Shown here: one piece after another, positions 40,355 to 55,839 of the stretch
Layout: every line of letters begins with the position of its first letter
Numbering within the stretch: position 1 is the first letter of the stretch
NCBI GenBank assembly: GCA_002269645.1
Contig: NIVC01000342.1
Location: forward strand, 62,001-126,000
From: Macrostomum lignano
Taxonomy: Eukaryota
Reading direction: 5' to 3'
DNA length: 64,000 nt
Made by a program: the position numbers and the translations under genes
The notes under the pieces: generated by a model
What the model was told of the DNA's origin: nothing
Databases searched by the model: none
What the model saw: only the letters and a program-made list of their open reading frames with translations

Positions 40355-40762
40355 TTAAAGCCATAGACAATTGCAACTCAATCTAGGCATAAAGCCATAG
40401 ACAATTGCAACTCAATCTAGGCATAAAGCCATAGACAATTGCAACTCAATCTAGGCTTAAAGCCATGGACAATTGCAACTCATTCTAGGCATAAAGCCAT
40501 AGACAATTGCAACTCATTCTAGGCTTAAAGCCATGGACAATTGCAACTCATTCTAGGCTTAAAGCCATAGACAATTGCAACTCAATCTAGGCATAAAGCC
40601 ATAGACAATTGGAACTCATTCTAGGCATAAAGCCATAGACAATTGCAATTCATTCCCGGATTAAAGCCATGGACAATTGCAACTCATTTCGAGCTTAAAG
40701 CCATAGACAATCGCAACGCATTCTAGGCATAAAGCCATAGACAATCGCAAATCATTCCCGGC
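40355..40762. repeat. 34-bp minisatellite (TAAAGCCATAGACAATTGCAACTCAATCTAGGCA)n
   Basis: 34-bp period (40356 to 40390). Confidence 0.95.
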
Positions 40763-41253
40763 TCATGAAATCATTAACGATCGTAAAGGAGCTTCTTTAC
40801 TTTTTGATTCGCGGTAATTAATCTATGGAAAATGGATGAAGTCACTCCTGGTAAAATTTCAATAAACTTTTTCCTAATCCTGTCTCTCACTGAGAACGGG
40901 CTGGGGGTGTTTTATTGAGCTGTGAGTACGTTGAAGCAGTAGCAGAAAATTTTGTACCTTTTATTAGGTCACGAATTATAGTGATAGTGCGAGCATATTG
41001 TAGCTAAACTTAAACAGGCTAGCTAAAGCATATCAATGTTCTGCAGAAATAACGTTCTGCTTCTACTTCAACAGCGAAGCAGTTCTCGAGCGTATGAATG
41101 AAATTAACATGCACAGAATACTACTAGACAGTAGATTTGGAGGTCAGGACGTGAATTCAAATAGCGGAATTAACCCTACTCCAGCTCGTCTTCGTTCAGC
41201 GTCCAAGGCCGCGACTCCATCAGCTGACCGTCCAGCAGAGTCTCCACCAGGTA

Positions 41254-41289
<36 letters not shown>

Positions 41290-41760
41290 GGAGGGTGCCG
41301 CTAAATCGACGGTCTTGAAATTTTTGCCAGCGCTAGGCGGAAGCTCGGGGTTGCCGCGAGTCGCCGTCGTGTCCGATTGCAGTCTCTGCGCGGAGATTTA
41401 TTTTTACATTATTCAGTTGCACATTCAAACTTGACTACTTGTTAGTAGAAAAGTTCGAAAGTAGACACTGAATTTTTATTGCTCTTATTATGACTTTATG
41501 TTTGCCACACCTGATGCAGAGCTCGGATGTTGACGGCGTGTCGCTTCTTTGAAGCCGCGTCGCCAGCCGCGACTGAGGCGGCCCCGGCCGGCAGCTTGCC
41601 TGTGCCCGTCAGCACGACGCTGCGCATCCTGCGGGATCCGGGGGGAGCGGGCGGCCCAGTGGCAGGTGATTCGCTAGATTGCTCATCCAAAGATGTCTAA
41701 TTAGGCTTCGGTTCAATGAGGTTTAATGGTCGATTTTATAAGGATCAACAAAGCGGCTTC

Positions 41761-43782
<2,022 letters not shown>

Positions 43783-45930
43783 GCTGCAGTTTCAGTTGGT
43801 CAAAATTCTATTTTGAAAGACGACCTCGAGACTCGAGCAACAAACCTGTAATAAAACTATTTAATTTTTAGAAGTTAAAGATGACAACATACTCATTGAA
43901 TGTCAGAAAGTATTTTTATTTATTTATTTTATTCAAACAAAAAGCGCTTTTAGTACGTAAGTAATAACTTATCGGTTAGGTTTTTTGGATCCAAAATAAG
44001 TACGTCTTTTTATTTGTTTAAGTTTAAAACTTTCGGCTTCTTAGCGATAATATGTTTTACGAATTTTTACGAATTTTACGAACTTTTACGAATTGTACAG
44101 GATAAATCGTAACTCGAAAAATACTATAAGGAATGCGAAATAAGACGTTTTAATTTTGATCCTATGGATGAACTTTGTTTCTGAGCATATATGCTTGGTC
44201 TCTACCTAATTAAACCTTCTTTTGATGTACATGCAGTATGCAGTACTCTTACATGTAGTACATGTAACTCAAAACACGTATTATATATATGCCATTGATC
44301 TGGTGTTGCATCGAATAGTTGTATAAGTTCATTTTTGCATATGTGATTGACACAAAGCTAGGTCCATGAGAATTGCCCACACAGACGAATTGCCCGTCGA
44401 GATTTGCCCGCAGTGCAATTTGCGCGCGAGCGATCGAATTGCACGCCAAGTTTTTTTCCCGCCGAGGTTTTCCCGGGCAAAGCATTGTGGGGGCCCACAA
44501 TGCTTTTTTAATTTCCTGCAGCGCATTTAGCCACGCGCGGCAGATTTTGTCTCCATTGCCTTCCCTGCAATGCTCATTGAGTCTTAATAAAGAGACCTAC
44601 CCGATCAAAACGTTTTGATAGTAACTGCGCATATTAAATTTATATTTTTCTTGTACGAGCTAGGTAATATTCATGATCAGTTCTATATACATTCAAGGGG
44701 TATACATGCATGGCGGTAAGCTATTAGTTCATGCATGTGTTGTGTCGCTTTAGTACATTTACATGCAAATACTCGTTATGTACAACGCGTATACATGCTA
44801 GTCACAAGTTTCAAATCAAGCTGGACCACTGTAGTATAAGAGGGCATAAAACTAAAATATCGTGTACATTGCATGTAATTTATAGAAGGCCCACAATTTT
44901 CTAGGGAAAAGGTGCACGTTGTTTTTGCATCACAAAATCTTTTGATTGCATTTGATCTGGAGTATGCAACAAATTTAATTCTAATATACTCGTACTGGCA
45001 CTTAAAGAAGGAACAAAACAAAAAATTCATTTGTGAGAATTTGCAACTTTGGCTTGGGCTTATGAAATAAAAAGAAAGTAATATGAAAAACAACTTTCAC
45101 TACACAACTATATGTATACAAATTGCAATTCAGAGTAACATGTTGCACATGTACATGCTAAATTAAAGAAATGGCAAACTTCACTTCCTGAGAGTGAGGC
45201 TTGTGTCTCATGTGCTTGACTGCCAACTACAATAAATTCTTTATTCAATTCGACAACAAGGACAACTTATATAAGTAATATATGTTACTTGAGTAGTCCT
45301 TAATCGACAAACGATCGATCGCCTTGAGCGGGACGATATAATGTACATTATATAATGTGTATGCATTAGTTCAGTTCTATTTAGAAGACGTCCCTAACTA
45401 ATGTCGCAAATAACGACTCAAGAATTGACATTTGACATTGACATTTGAATTGACATTTGAGCTGTCAAATTTTTTAAACCTGTACAGCAATTCGACGTCG
45501 GATTGTCTCTAGCTATCGACGTTGCTGACCAATATGTACTTTTACATTACATCGACGGATAACGACGTTCGTACGTCTCAATTAAATCTCATATGATATA
45601 TTCACGTAGGAATTCAAGTCTGGTCGCTTCACAAGCTGTAATGAAATATTTACATATAGTTTCGAAACTATTTTAAAGCTTATAAAAGGGGGTTATTAAT
45701 TTTTATACCCATGCAAACATGTCGCATCCAAAGTAGCTTCTTGTGACTGTTTCTATTTCTATGGTTTCTATGATCGAGTCTAAAATAAACTAGGTCTGTA
45801 TGACCGGGAAATTATTTAGTAGGTCTTTATGATGACGGGAATAAACTGGATTGCTCTATGTAGAATGTAGTTCTGTCATGGCCGAAATGATCTACATGTC
45901 GGTCTATATAATGTAACTGGAATTAACTAG

Positions 45931-46390
<460 letters not shown>

Positions 46391-49300
46391 CTTTGACTTA
46401 GCTGCAGGGCAGTCCGAAGACGCAGTGGGGAGGCGAAAGTCGCCCATTCCGCTAAACCCTGGTGACCCGCTTCGGCAATGGTGCGGGGCCAGTCAGGCGG
46501 TCCGCGAGTACGTATTCTCTTCGTTTGGGAAGAAAGAGGCTCGTCTAGTTGCCCGAAGGAACCGGACGAGCCGTGAGATGTTCTCAGGTCTACAAACGTC
46601 ATCGATAGATGGGTTTGGACCGAGGTGGTTAAGCCGCTCCCTGATGAAGAACGGGCATTGACAAACGAAATGCTGAGCATCTTCGTTGTCGTACTCGCAA
46701 AATGGGCACAGTTCATTCCGGATGTCGCCCCGGAGAAAGCAGTGCCTAGCGAAGCAGCCATGACCCGTGAGGGTCATAGCAAGAGCCCGGATGTCCTTCC
46801 TGCTTTGGTTCAGGAGGACAGTTCGGAGCTTTCGGGATGGACGAGCGACCGCCGCACGTGATTGGCGGCAGGTGGTCAGGTTCATCCATCTGTCCCTGTG
46901 CAGGTCGGAGGCCCAGGCATCAATGCTACGATTGATGGTGGCCGCAGGGATTGGAGCCAAGGGCAGAGGTCCCAGAAGGGAGCCGCTGCTCCCTTGCTTT
47001 GCAAGCGAGTCGGCCAGCTCGTTTCCAGGGAAACCCGCGTGACCTGAGATCCATTTGAGCTGGACAGCATTTTTGCGTCCCAGCGTAATGAGCATCCGGA
47101 CGCAGTCAGAGACCGTCCGGGAGGCCGTAGTGGTGTGACAGAGGGCTAGCAGAGCCGCCTGGCTGTCGGAGTGGAAAACGATAGTTTTACCGGAGGTGTT
47201 TTTGCTGCAAAGCTCTGCAGCGCAAGAGCTAATAGCAAGGACCTCGTTCTGGAAGACAGTAGAGAGTCTTCCAGTGTGCTGGGCATGCGTGGCGAGCACG
47301 CGGCCATTGATGAGAATGCAGACCCCAAAGCCGGAGAGCCAGTCTTTTAGGGATCCGTCTATGTAGCAGTGGACCTCCTGGGGATTCCAGTGGTCGTTAG
47401 CCTCCTCTGGAGGAGGAAGAATGACTTTGAATTGAAGACAGAGGTTGAGCGTTCGAGGTTCCCCGTCCGAAAGGACGTTGAGGCCGCCACTCTCCTGCAG
47501 ATCTTTGAGACAGAGGTCGGAATGAGACAAAAGCTTGCGCTTAGCCACTGCCCTCTGGGGCTTGAGAGTAATGCCGGTGTCGATGAGACGCCGGGCTGCT
47601 TTGGCTGCCTCCCTGCGGACGAAAATGTCCAGTGGAGGCAGGTCAAGGAAGGCGTTGAGGCCGTCGAAGGGAGCCGAGGGCGGGGCGCCCATCATCATTC
47701 GACATGCACGCCCCTGCACTCGTTTAAGAGCCTCGAAGCAGGTCTTAATCTGCAGGGCACTCGCCCAGATCAGTCCGGCATAGGAGATCGCCGGCCTGAC
47801 CATAGCAATGTAGATCCACCATAGGCGTTTGGGGGTAAGGCCCCAAGTATGGCCAACCGCCCTGCGCAGTTGCGCCAGGATCGCGAAGGCCTTTTTAGTC
47901 TTGGCATGAACATGCGGGGACCAGTTCAGCCTGTGATCAAGGGTGACCCCAAGACACTTGACTTGCTTACGGAAGGGGATTTCCTGTCCGTAGAGCGTGA
48001 GATGGCGGGATTGCCACTTCGTCCTGCTGGTGAACATAACCACAGCGGTCTTAGTCTCGGAGAGCTTCAGACCGCATTGGTCCGCCCAACGTTCAGCAGT
48101 GTTGATGAAGTTCTGAAGGAGATCACGCAGGGTGTCCGGCGATGGCCCAGAGGCTACCGCTGTGACATCGTCCGCATAACCGACCTTCAGAATAGGGTTA
48201 GGACAGGCGTCCCGTAGGAGCTCGTCGATAACCATGTTCCAGAGAATTGGAGAGAGAACACCACCCTGCGGACAGCCTTTGCAGACGGGAACCGTCCGTT
48301 CATGACCTAGCAGGTGTGCCGTAGCAGATCTGTGGCTAATCATGTACATGATCCAGCGCGTGAGGTGAGAATGTGTCATTCTCGTTTGTAGAAAAGGACG
48401 TTGTCAAAGGCTCCCACGATATCCAGGAAGACCGCTAGGGCATAGCCGTTGCACAAGCACAGCTTTCTCCAGCGTGTCCACCAGGATATGCAGCGCACTT
48501 TCGCTGGAGAGTCCCGCCCGAAAAGCATGCTGGTTTTTACTAAGCGGCATGTTCTTTAGTTCCACGGACTGCAGGCGCCAGAGCACCAGCCGTTCCATCA
48601 GTTTGACCATCGAGGAGGTCAAGCTGATTGGTCGAAAGGATTTAACAGAATGGTAGTCCGGGCGGCCGGGCTTAGGAATGAAAATCACCCTCACCTCAGT
48701 CCACGGCTTCGGGACACAACCAAACGTAATGCAGGCTTTAAGAAGCTTGCACAGGTGCATGAGGAACTTCTTGCATTGGACCGCCTCTCTGATTAGGGCT
48801 GGTACGATGCCTCGGGTCCAGGCGCCTTGTAAGGCTTGAAGGAGTTTGCAGCTTTGATGATGCGCTTCTTCGTGATAAAGGAGGAGGCAAGAAACGACCC
48901 GCCTTCGGCATGGTCCGAGGGGTCATTTGTGAGAGCCTCGTTGGGGAAGGAGGCTGAAAGCATAAGCTCTAGCGTCTCCCCAGGGTTCTCGATATGCGTG
49001 CCATCGGCCCGCTTTACCGAGGAAAGTTTGGATATTTTGTCCAAGGTCAGCGCTTTTACTATGCGGGATGTAGGGCGTGCGCCCTCCAGTTCCTCACAGT
49101 ATTCACGCCATTTGTTAGCCTTAGCGTTCCTGACTTCCTTTTTGAACTCATGAATTGCTTCAAGGTAGGCGGTCTCGCTGGGCGTTTAGATTTGGTGGCC
49201 CTGCGATGTAACCGTTTGGCTTTGCGGCGAAAGTCGCCACGCTTGGGGTTCCACCACGGGGCCGACGTTTTGCCCCCTGTAGGCTTTAAGCGGGCAGGAG

Positions 49301-52300
49301 GCCTCGAAAGCAGAGGTTAGCGAATCCGTGAGAACAGCCGCATAATCCTCCGTTTCTTGGCACGAATCAATGGAGGTAGGAAAGCTGGAAGGTAGGTGTT
49401 CCAAAGGGTTGCGTCCAGGGTGAACTTGAAGGCCTCCCAATCGGTGTCCCTAGCATTCCGTCTCCAGATGATACGGTCATTGCGCTGTGCGCTGGCCACG
49501 TTAAAGGAGATGAGCTTGTGGTCAGAGAGAGACGCCACGCGAAGGACCCGCCACTCGTCAATCCTCTGGTAGAGTCTTGGTGTGGCAAGTGTGGCATCGA
49601 TGACCTCCGACCAACGCCCGTTGTCGAAAGTAGGGGTGTTGCCTGAGTTGCAGAACTCAAGCGTGGTGGTGGCAACATAAGTCTGGAGGTCTTCACCTCT
49701 CTGATTAATGTTTGTGCTGCCCCAGTGAGTATGGTGAGCATTTATATCGCCAGCAACCATTAGCTCGTAGTTTCTGGCAGAACAGAGTTCCACCAGCGAG
49801 ATAAGCTCTTAAGCCCCCGCGATTCTTGCGCAGCTGCGCAGAGCCGTCGGCACCACCTGGGGCCTTACCCCGAAACGGCTCTGGTGGATCTATACCGCAA
49901 TGGTCCGACCGGCCGTTACTTACGCAGGCCTGGTCTGGACCAGCGCCTTGCAAATTAAAACCTGCCACGAAGCCCTCAAAAAGGTGCAGGGACGTGCGTG
50001 CCGCATGATCCTGAATGCCCCGCTCTCTGCTCCCTTTGACGGCCTCAACGCCTTTCTTTGCCTCCCGCCTCTGGACATCTTTGTCCGTCGCGAGGCTGCT
50101 AAAACCACCCGCCGGCTCATCGAGGCTGGCGTTAGCTTCAAGCCACAAAGAGCGATGGCGAAGCGCAAGCTCCTGCCGCACTCTGACCTGAGCCTTAAAG
50201 TTCTGGAGGAGAGTGGGAATGCGGCTGTCCTTTCGGACGCTGAGCCGCGCTCCCTCAATCTCTACCAACGCTTCAAGGTCACTATCCCCTCTAGGGAGAA
50301 CGCCGACGACAGCTGGGCCCCTCAGGAGGTTCACTGCTTTACTGACGGATCCTCCAAAGACGGTTTAAAAGAGTCTGCATCCTTATCAACGGCCGCGTGA
50401 TCGCTACTCACGCCCAACACACTGGCAGACTCTCCAGCGTCTTCCAGAACGAAGTCCTTGCCATCAGCTCCTGTGCAGCTGAGCTCCACTGCAGGGATTT
50501 CAAGGACAGAAGAATTTTCTTCCACTCTGACAGCCAGGCCACTTTGCAGGCCCTGTGTCACACCACTACGAACTCCCGAACAGTCCGCGACTGTATCGGG
50601 CAGCTCAGCAAGCTGGCTCGGAGGAACACCGTCCGGCTTACGTGGATCCCAGGACACGCCGGCTTCAAAGTTAATGAGCTCGCCGACTCCCTCGCTAAGG
50701 CGGGCTGTTCCGGCTCGCCCCTTGGCCCCGTGCCCCTGGCCCCCATCCCCGCCACAGTCATTAATCGTGAGATTAACGACTGGGTGGACATCCTGCACTT
50801 GCGCAGATGGGATGGTATCTCCAACTGCCGCCAATCTCGTGCGGCAGTGCCCAATCCGTCCCTCACGCTGCGGAGAATCCTTTTGAACCAAAATCGAAAA
50901 GATATCCGCGCTCTCACTATGACCTTCACAGGTCACGGTTGCTTTGCCAGGCACTGTTTCCTCCGAAGTTCCCGCCGGAGCGAACTCTGCCATGAAGACG
51001 CCAAGCACTTCGTCTGCTACTGCCCGGCCTTCAACCGAGACCGGCTCAACTACCTCGGGCCCAACCCGTCCCTGGACGACGTTTGCCGGCCCGAGAACAT
51101 CCCACGGCTCATCCGGTTTCTCCGGGCCACCAAGCGAGCCTCCGTCTTCCCCACCGAAGACAACGCTGCAGACAGGACCGGCAGACCTCCCTGACCGGCC
51201 CCGCGCCCTAGCCTATGCGGGTCTTTCAGGGATTAGCGGAATGGGCGACGCTCGCCTCCCTGCTGCGTCTTCGGGCCGCCCTGCAGCTAAGTCAAGTAAG
51301 TTAAGAAGAGATAAGCTCTTCCGAGACAACAGCCTTGTCTCCCGGTAAATAAACCGAGGCGATCAGGGCCGTCTTTCCCGGTAGGAGGTTTTCCGTTTGA
51401 TGACGCAGAGGTCCCCATTTGAAAGGTCTCCTCTGAGCCAAGCATTGAAGGAGTTCACCACGTAGATGCAAGCTCTAGGTGGCGGTGTTCCTTCTCTTGG
51501 GCATGTGCTAAAACACTGATACCCACCGGGCATGTGTTGGGGCTTTCCTTTAACAGTCCAAGGTTCTTGGACTAGGATGAGACCCGGCTTGTCACGCTCG
51601 GCATGCCTGATGAGGTTCACCGAAGCTGCGACGCTGTGCTGCAGATTTATCTGCAGACATTCGACCCCTGTAGCATTACTAGACATGGCTAGTTGCTCGA
51701 GGATTCGCGTAGCAGCTCCTCTTCCATCTCTTCTGAGATAGAGGGTCTGCTGACCTCCATGGGCTCCTCATAATCCACAGCGTGCGGCGCGGAGAGCGTG
51801 GTGGTGCCTGCGGCTGGCGAGAGCCTGGACCGCTTCGCTTCACCCTCCTCATCCTGTGCCGCAGCGTGGACGCTGGGGGAGTCCTGAACCGAGCTGGCGG
51901 GCAGGTCATGGTGGGCGGTGGTTTCTGCCTGATGGCCGGATTCCTCAGCCCAGTCAGTACCCGCCGAACCATCACTTCCTGACCCACACAGCCCGGTTTG
52001 AGGAGGGTCTTTTTCGGCGCGTCGACGCTCCAGGTGTTCCAGGAGGTCGTGGGCCTGCGCCAGCGCACGCTGAACCAGACCCGACTTGCGAGTGCTGCGG
52101 GCAGGTTTTCGGCAGCACGAACTGCCTTATTAAGGTGGAGATCCACCGACCGCAGGTCTTGGGCAGCCGCGTCCTTTCCCTTGGGAGGTGCGGTGCGCTT
52201 AGTCGGCTTAGCTTCAGCCTTACCTTCCTCGCATCGGAGGAAAGTCAGCTGATGCAGGCCGATGCAGATGGTGTTGTGCGGAACCCGCTTAGACCATTCG

Positions 52301-53445
52301 TCAGAGAGCCCCATGATCGCCGTAAAGCCCTCCGCACCTTTCCGGGCGGAGCCATGGCAGTAGAGCTCACTGGCGTTAAGGTCAGGGAAGCGGTTGAGCA
52401 TGAGAAGCCTCAGCTGCTCCCCGGACTTGATGGCGCTCATGGCCGGGATCCAAACACGGAAGCGTTGGGTCCTCTTGCGTTCGCCTTCAGAGGCGAAAAA
52501 GAGATTGGGAGCTCCTTCTTCCACTTAGCTCGCTGAGCCGGCGGCTGCTCTCCTCCGATGAGCACCAGAGAAAAATGCAGCCGTCAGTCTTGGCTGATTT
52601 GACCACCTCCACGGAGATGCCCTCCATGGTGAGGTCGATGAGCCCAGCATCGATGGTGCGCCAGGCGTCGTCAAACTCGGTGGCCGTTAGGTTCCTCACC
52701 GAGAATGATGGTGGCCGGTGGGAGTGCAGCCCGTTGAGCCTTGGAGGCGTAGCTCTCCTTGGTCTTGGTCTTGGTGGTGGCAGACGCGGCGGTTCCCGAG
52801 GGCCCGGCCGCTGTAGCCTGGTTGGCGGCATGCTGGAGGGCTGAGGTGTCCTTGAGGGAGGCAGAGCCATCGGCAGAGTCTTTCGGCTCCACCGCGGCTC
52901 CATCCTCACCATGGGGCTCCTCCGACGCAGCACCGCCAGCCGACCGTGCCAACATGTCTGCAGCAGCTTTTTGTCGCCGCTGCTCGATTTGCGCGCATTG
53001 CGGTTGCGTTTGGCTTCAGCGGAACGGCCGCCATGGCGGTTTCGCTTGCGCCTTGCGCTCGACTCACCACCGGCGGCACCGGCAGTGGTGTCGGTCTTGT
53101 CCCCACCAGTCGGGCTGGGCGGGGCAAAGTTGAAGCTGCCTTTGGCAGCATCCAGAGCGGCTGGGGTCAACCCAGCTTCATTCGGAGTGGCGGAAGAGGC
53201 CATAGCTGGAAGCGAGAAAAGAAGAGAGGTTAATGAAGAAAAGAGAGCCGCTCGTGACTGGACTACTCCCCAGCCAAGAGCCCATGGACGCGGCAGACAC
53301 CGAAGGCTTGGAGTGCACTTTTGGCTGGGCAAAAACCTGCGGACTGGCCGCATACCCTGTACGGTCAAAGGGTAACACCTCTACGTCAGAGCCGTAGCCA
53401 GAGGCACCTGATAGCGCACAGGTACGCGAAACTGCGGACTGGCCG
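46391..53445 (-). mobile_element. Full-length non-LTR retrotransposon of the LOA/R1 group (ORF1; ORF2 with APE endonuclease, RT, RNase H and C-terminal Cys/His motif), multiply frameshifted and interrupted by a nested copy
   Basis: ORF1 from the ATG at 53203 to ~51680 in several frames. ORF2 from 51686: LQINLQHS, LILVQEPW, IASVYLP, AGDINAHH, SDHKLISF (APE); FRPISLTS, QHAFR, GCPQGGVLSP, YADD, KCLGV (RT); YIDGS, TVFQNEVLAI, SDSQAA, WISGH, GNELADSLA (RNase H); CPFC...HFVC. The longest intact piece is 46493-48379. Confidence 0.93.
49811..51307 (+). mobile_element. 5'-truncated sister LINE copy (RT thumb, RNase H, 3' UTR) inserted antisense into the host LINE endonuclease
   Basis: 13-bp TSD GAGATAAGCTCTT at 49798-49810 and 51308-51320. 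The protein is paralogous to host 46493-47880. The 3' UTR is homologous up to GCTAAGTCAA. Confidence 0.92.
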
Positions 53446-53712
<267 letters not shown>

Positions 53713-55839
53713 CCCACCTCTCATAAAATTTAAACCCGCGCAGTTAATAACTAGAGGTTTTGTTCCAGTACGTGCAGCTACATGTACATTATGCATGCTA
53801 TGTCGTGTAGAACTGTAGAGCAAAATGCCTCTAAAGTCAAAGCCAGTTTCAATTTTCGAATGAATCGTGTGGCATGTTGCGTCCAGACTTTTATCGAATC
53901 TAGTAACTCCTAGCTGTCCCTGAAAGAAGCTTAGATAATGCAATGTGCGCATAAAATGCATACTTGATTAAAATGAGGAACAGTACATTTTCGGTTCGCA
54001 TAGCGAAATTACTCGTAGATGTACATGAGTGTAGATAAGATAATGGACGTGTGTTGAGCCGCTGTGTGAATGCTTTGTTTTTTATTTGGCCTTCTACAAG
54101 TGTTATATAGCTCCAAAAGAAATTTTGCTAGATTTGGGCCCTCTACCGTGCAGCCGCTTACGAACTCTTCAATTATGGTAAGCTGACGTGTAACAATTAT
54201 CATTTTGGAGTTTACTTTGAAGTTGCATTTTATCGTGCAACTTCGTACAAGCTCTTGATCGATTTAATTTTTTGTATAGTATTCATACATTCAACCATGA
54301 AAATACATGTCTATCTTCATTGATCGACGTTAGTTGAAAAATCAGTTTTGCTTACTAAAATTTGAATAAACGGTTTGTTTTTATCTAAATTTTGCTAGCT
54401 TTATCTATTCGATCAATGATTTTATACTTGTCTTCTTGCATGAAAGTTCCAAGCGATTTTTAATCCTTAACTTTCAGCTATATTATTATACATGCTTTTA
54501 TCTTTGTGACAGAAAATTTAATTTTAGGGCATCAAAAGTCATTATCAATGAAAATTACATCCAAGTCGTACCAGTAAAGACCATTGGCTAGGCTAGACCA
54601 TTGCAACAACATCACTTCCATTAGTTCCTGCCCCATAGATCCACAAAATTAATAGCCAACGCAAATGAAAAATAATATTTAGCAGCTTTGAATGTTTCAA
54701 TATGTATAGGTTGCAATAAAATTTATTATAGTATTTGATTTGGCTCGAGTTCGGATTGTCGCACGAACAATAAATTTTCCATGAACCGCGACTTAAAGTT
54801 AACTACACAAATCAGAAATTTCTATCATGGTTTACAAATGCGGACCTGAAAACTTTTCCTATAGTGACTTAAGTTTAAAATAAAGCTATAATTTCTTTAG
54901 CTTGTAACTTTTTGACTGCTTTGCTAATTTTTTAGGCAAAAATTCGTAAATTCAATCAACTATATCAAAGACAGCTTAGCCTTAATTTGAAAAACTTAAA
55001 CAGGTGAGCTTATTATTAAGATACAAATCTACTTGTTTAATCAAATTATATTTGAATTCAATTAGTCAAGTATAAATTCTTATTTGATTTTTATTTTCTT
55101 TGTACATCTGCATTTTTCCTAGACTCCTGGATAGTTGTATCAATATTTCTGCAGAAATATTTTATATTCTATTTTAATTTAACTGAGGTCTTAGAAGTCT
55201 AGAAACATTTATTTTAAGTAATTTTAATTACTTTGATTTTTTTAAATTTGTTTTAGTCCTTCCTGCTATCTAGAGTTTTTAGGCTTAGCCATTTAATTTT
55301 TCTCTTTAAAAGGAATATATTTTCATGAAAATATGAATCCAAAGATATTTTAGACAAACTATTTTTGCTAGCTATTTCTTTTCATAACTTATAGATAATT
55401 GTTGATTTTTTATCAATGTACTTTTGTCTTTTTTAATTTCAACCATTTCAAGTAATATTATAATACTGATTCAATAGATTTATAATATAATAAAATTTAG
55501 TGTAATCAAATTCATTAGGAATTTAGATATTTAATAGTAATGTGAATCCTAAATGAGGTTTTGGAAAATTGGCATAGAACTAAGTATTGAACAAAGCTGA
55601 TCTATTAAATACTATTTTTTGTACTTTTGGAAAACTATAATAGCTTTTTATCATGATCAAAATGACTTGTAAACTATTTTTTTAATGAAGATTGAATTAT
55701 ACTGTATCAAATATTCTTGACACCAATAAGAAAGTATACTTGCTTTTATGCCAGAATATCAAAGATTAAAATTACAAAATGTTATCAAAATTGTTTCTGA
55801 GCTTTAGTGTCCTCCCTGATTTCTTCCTTTTTTGTAGCT

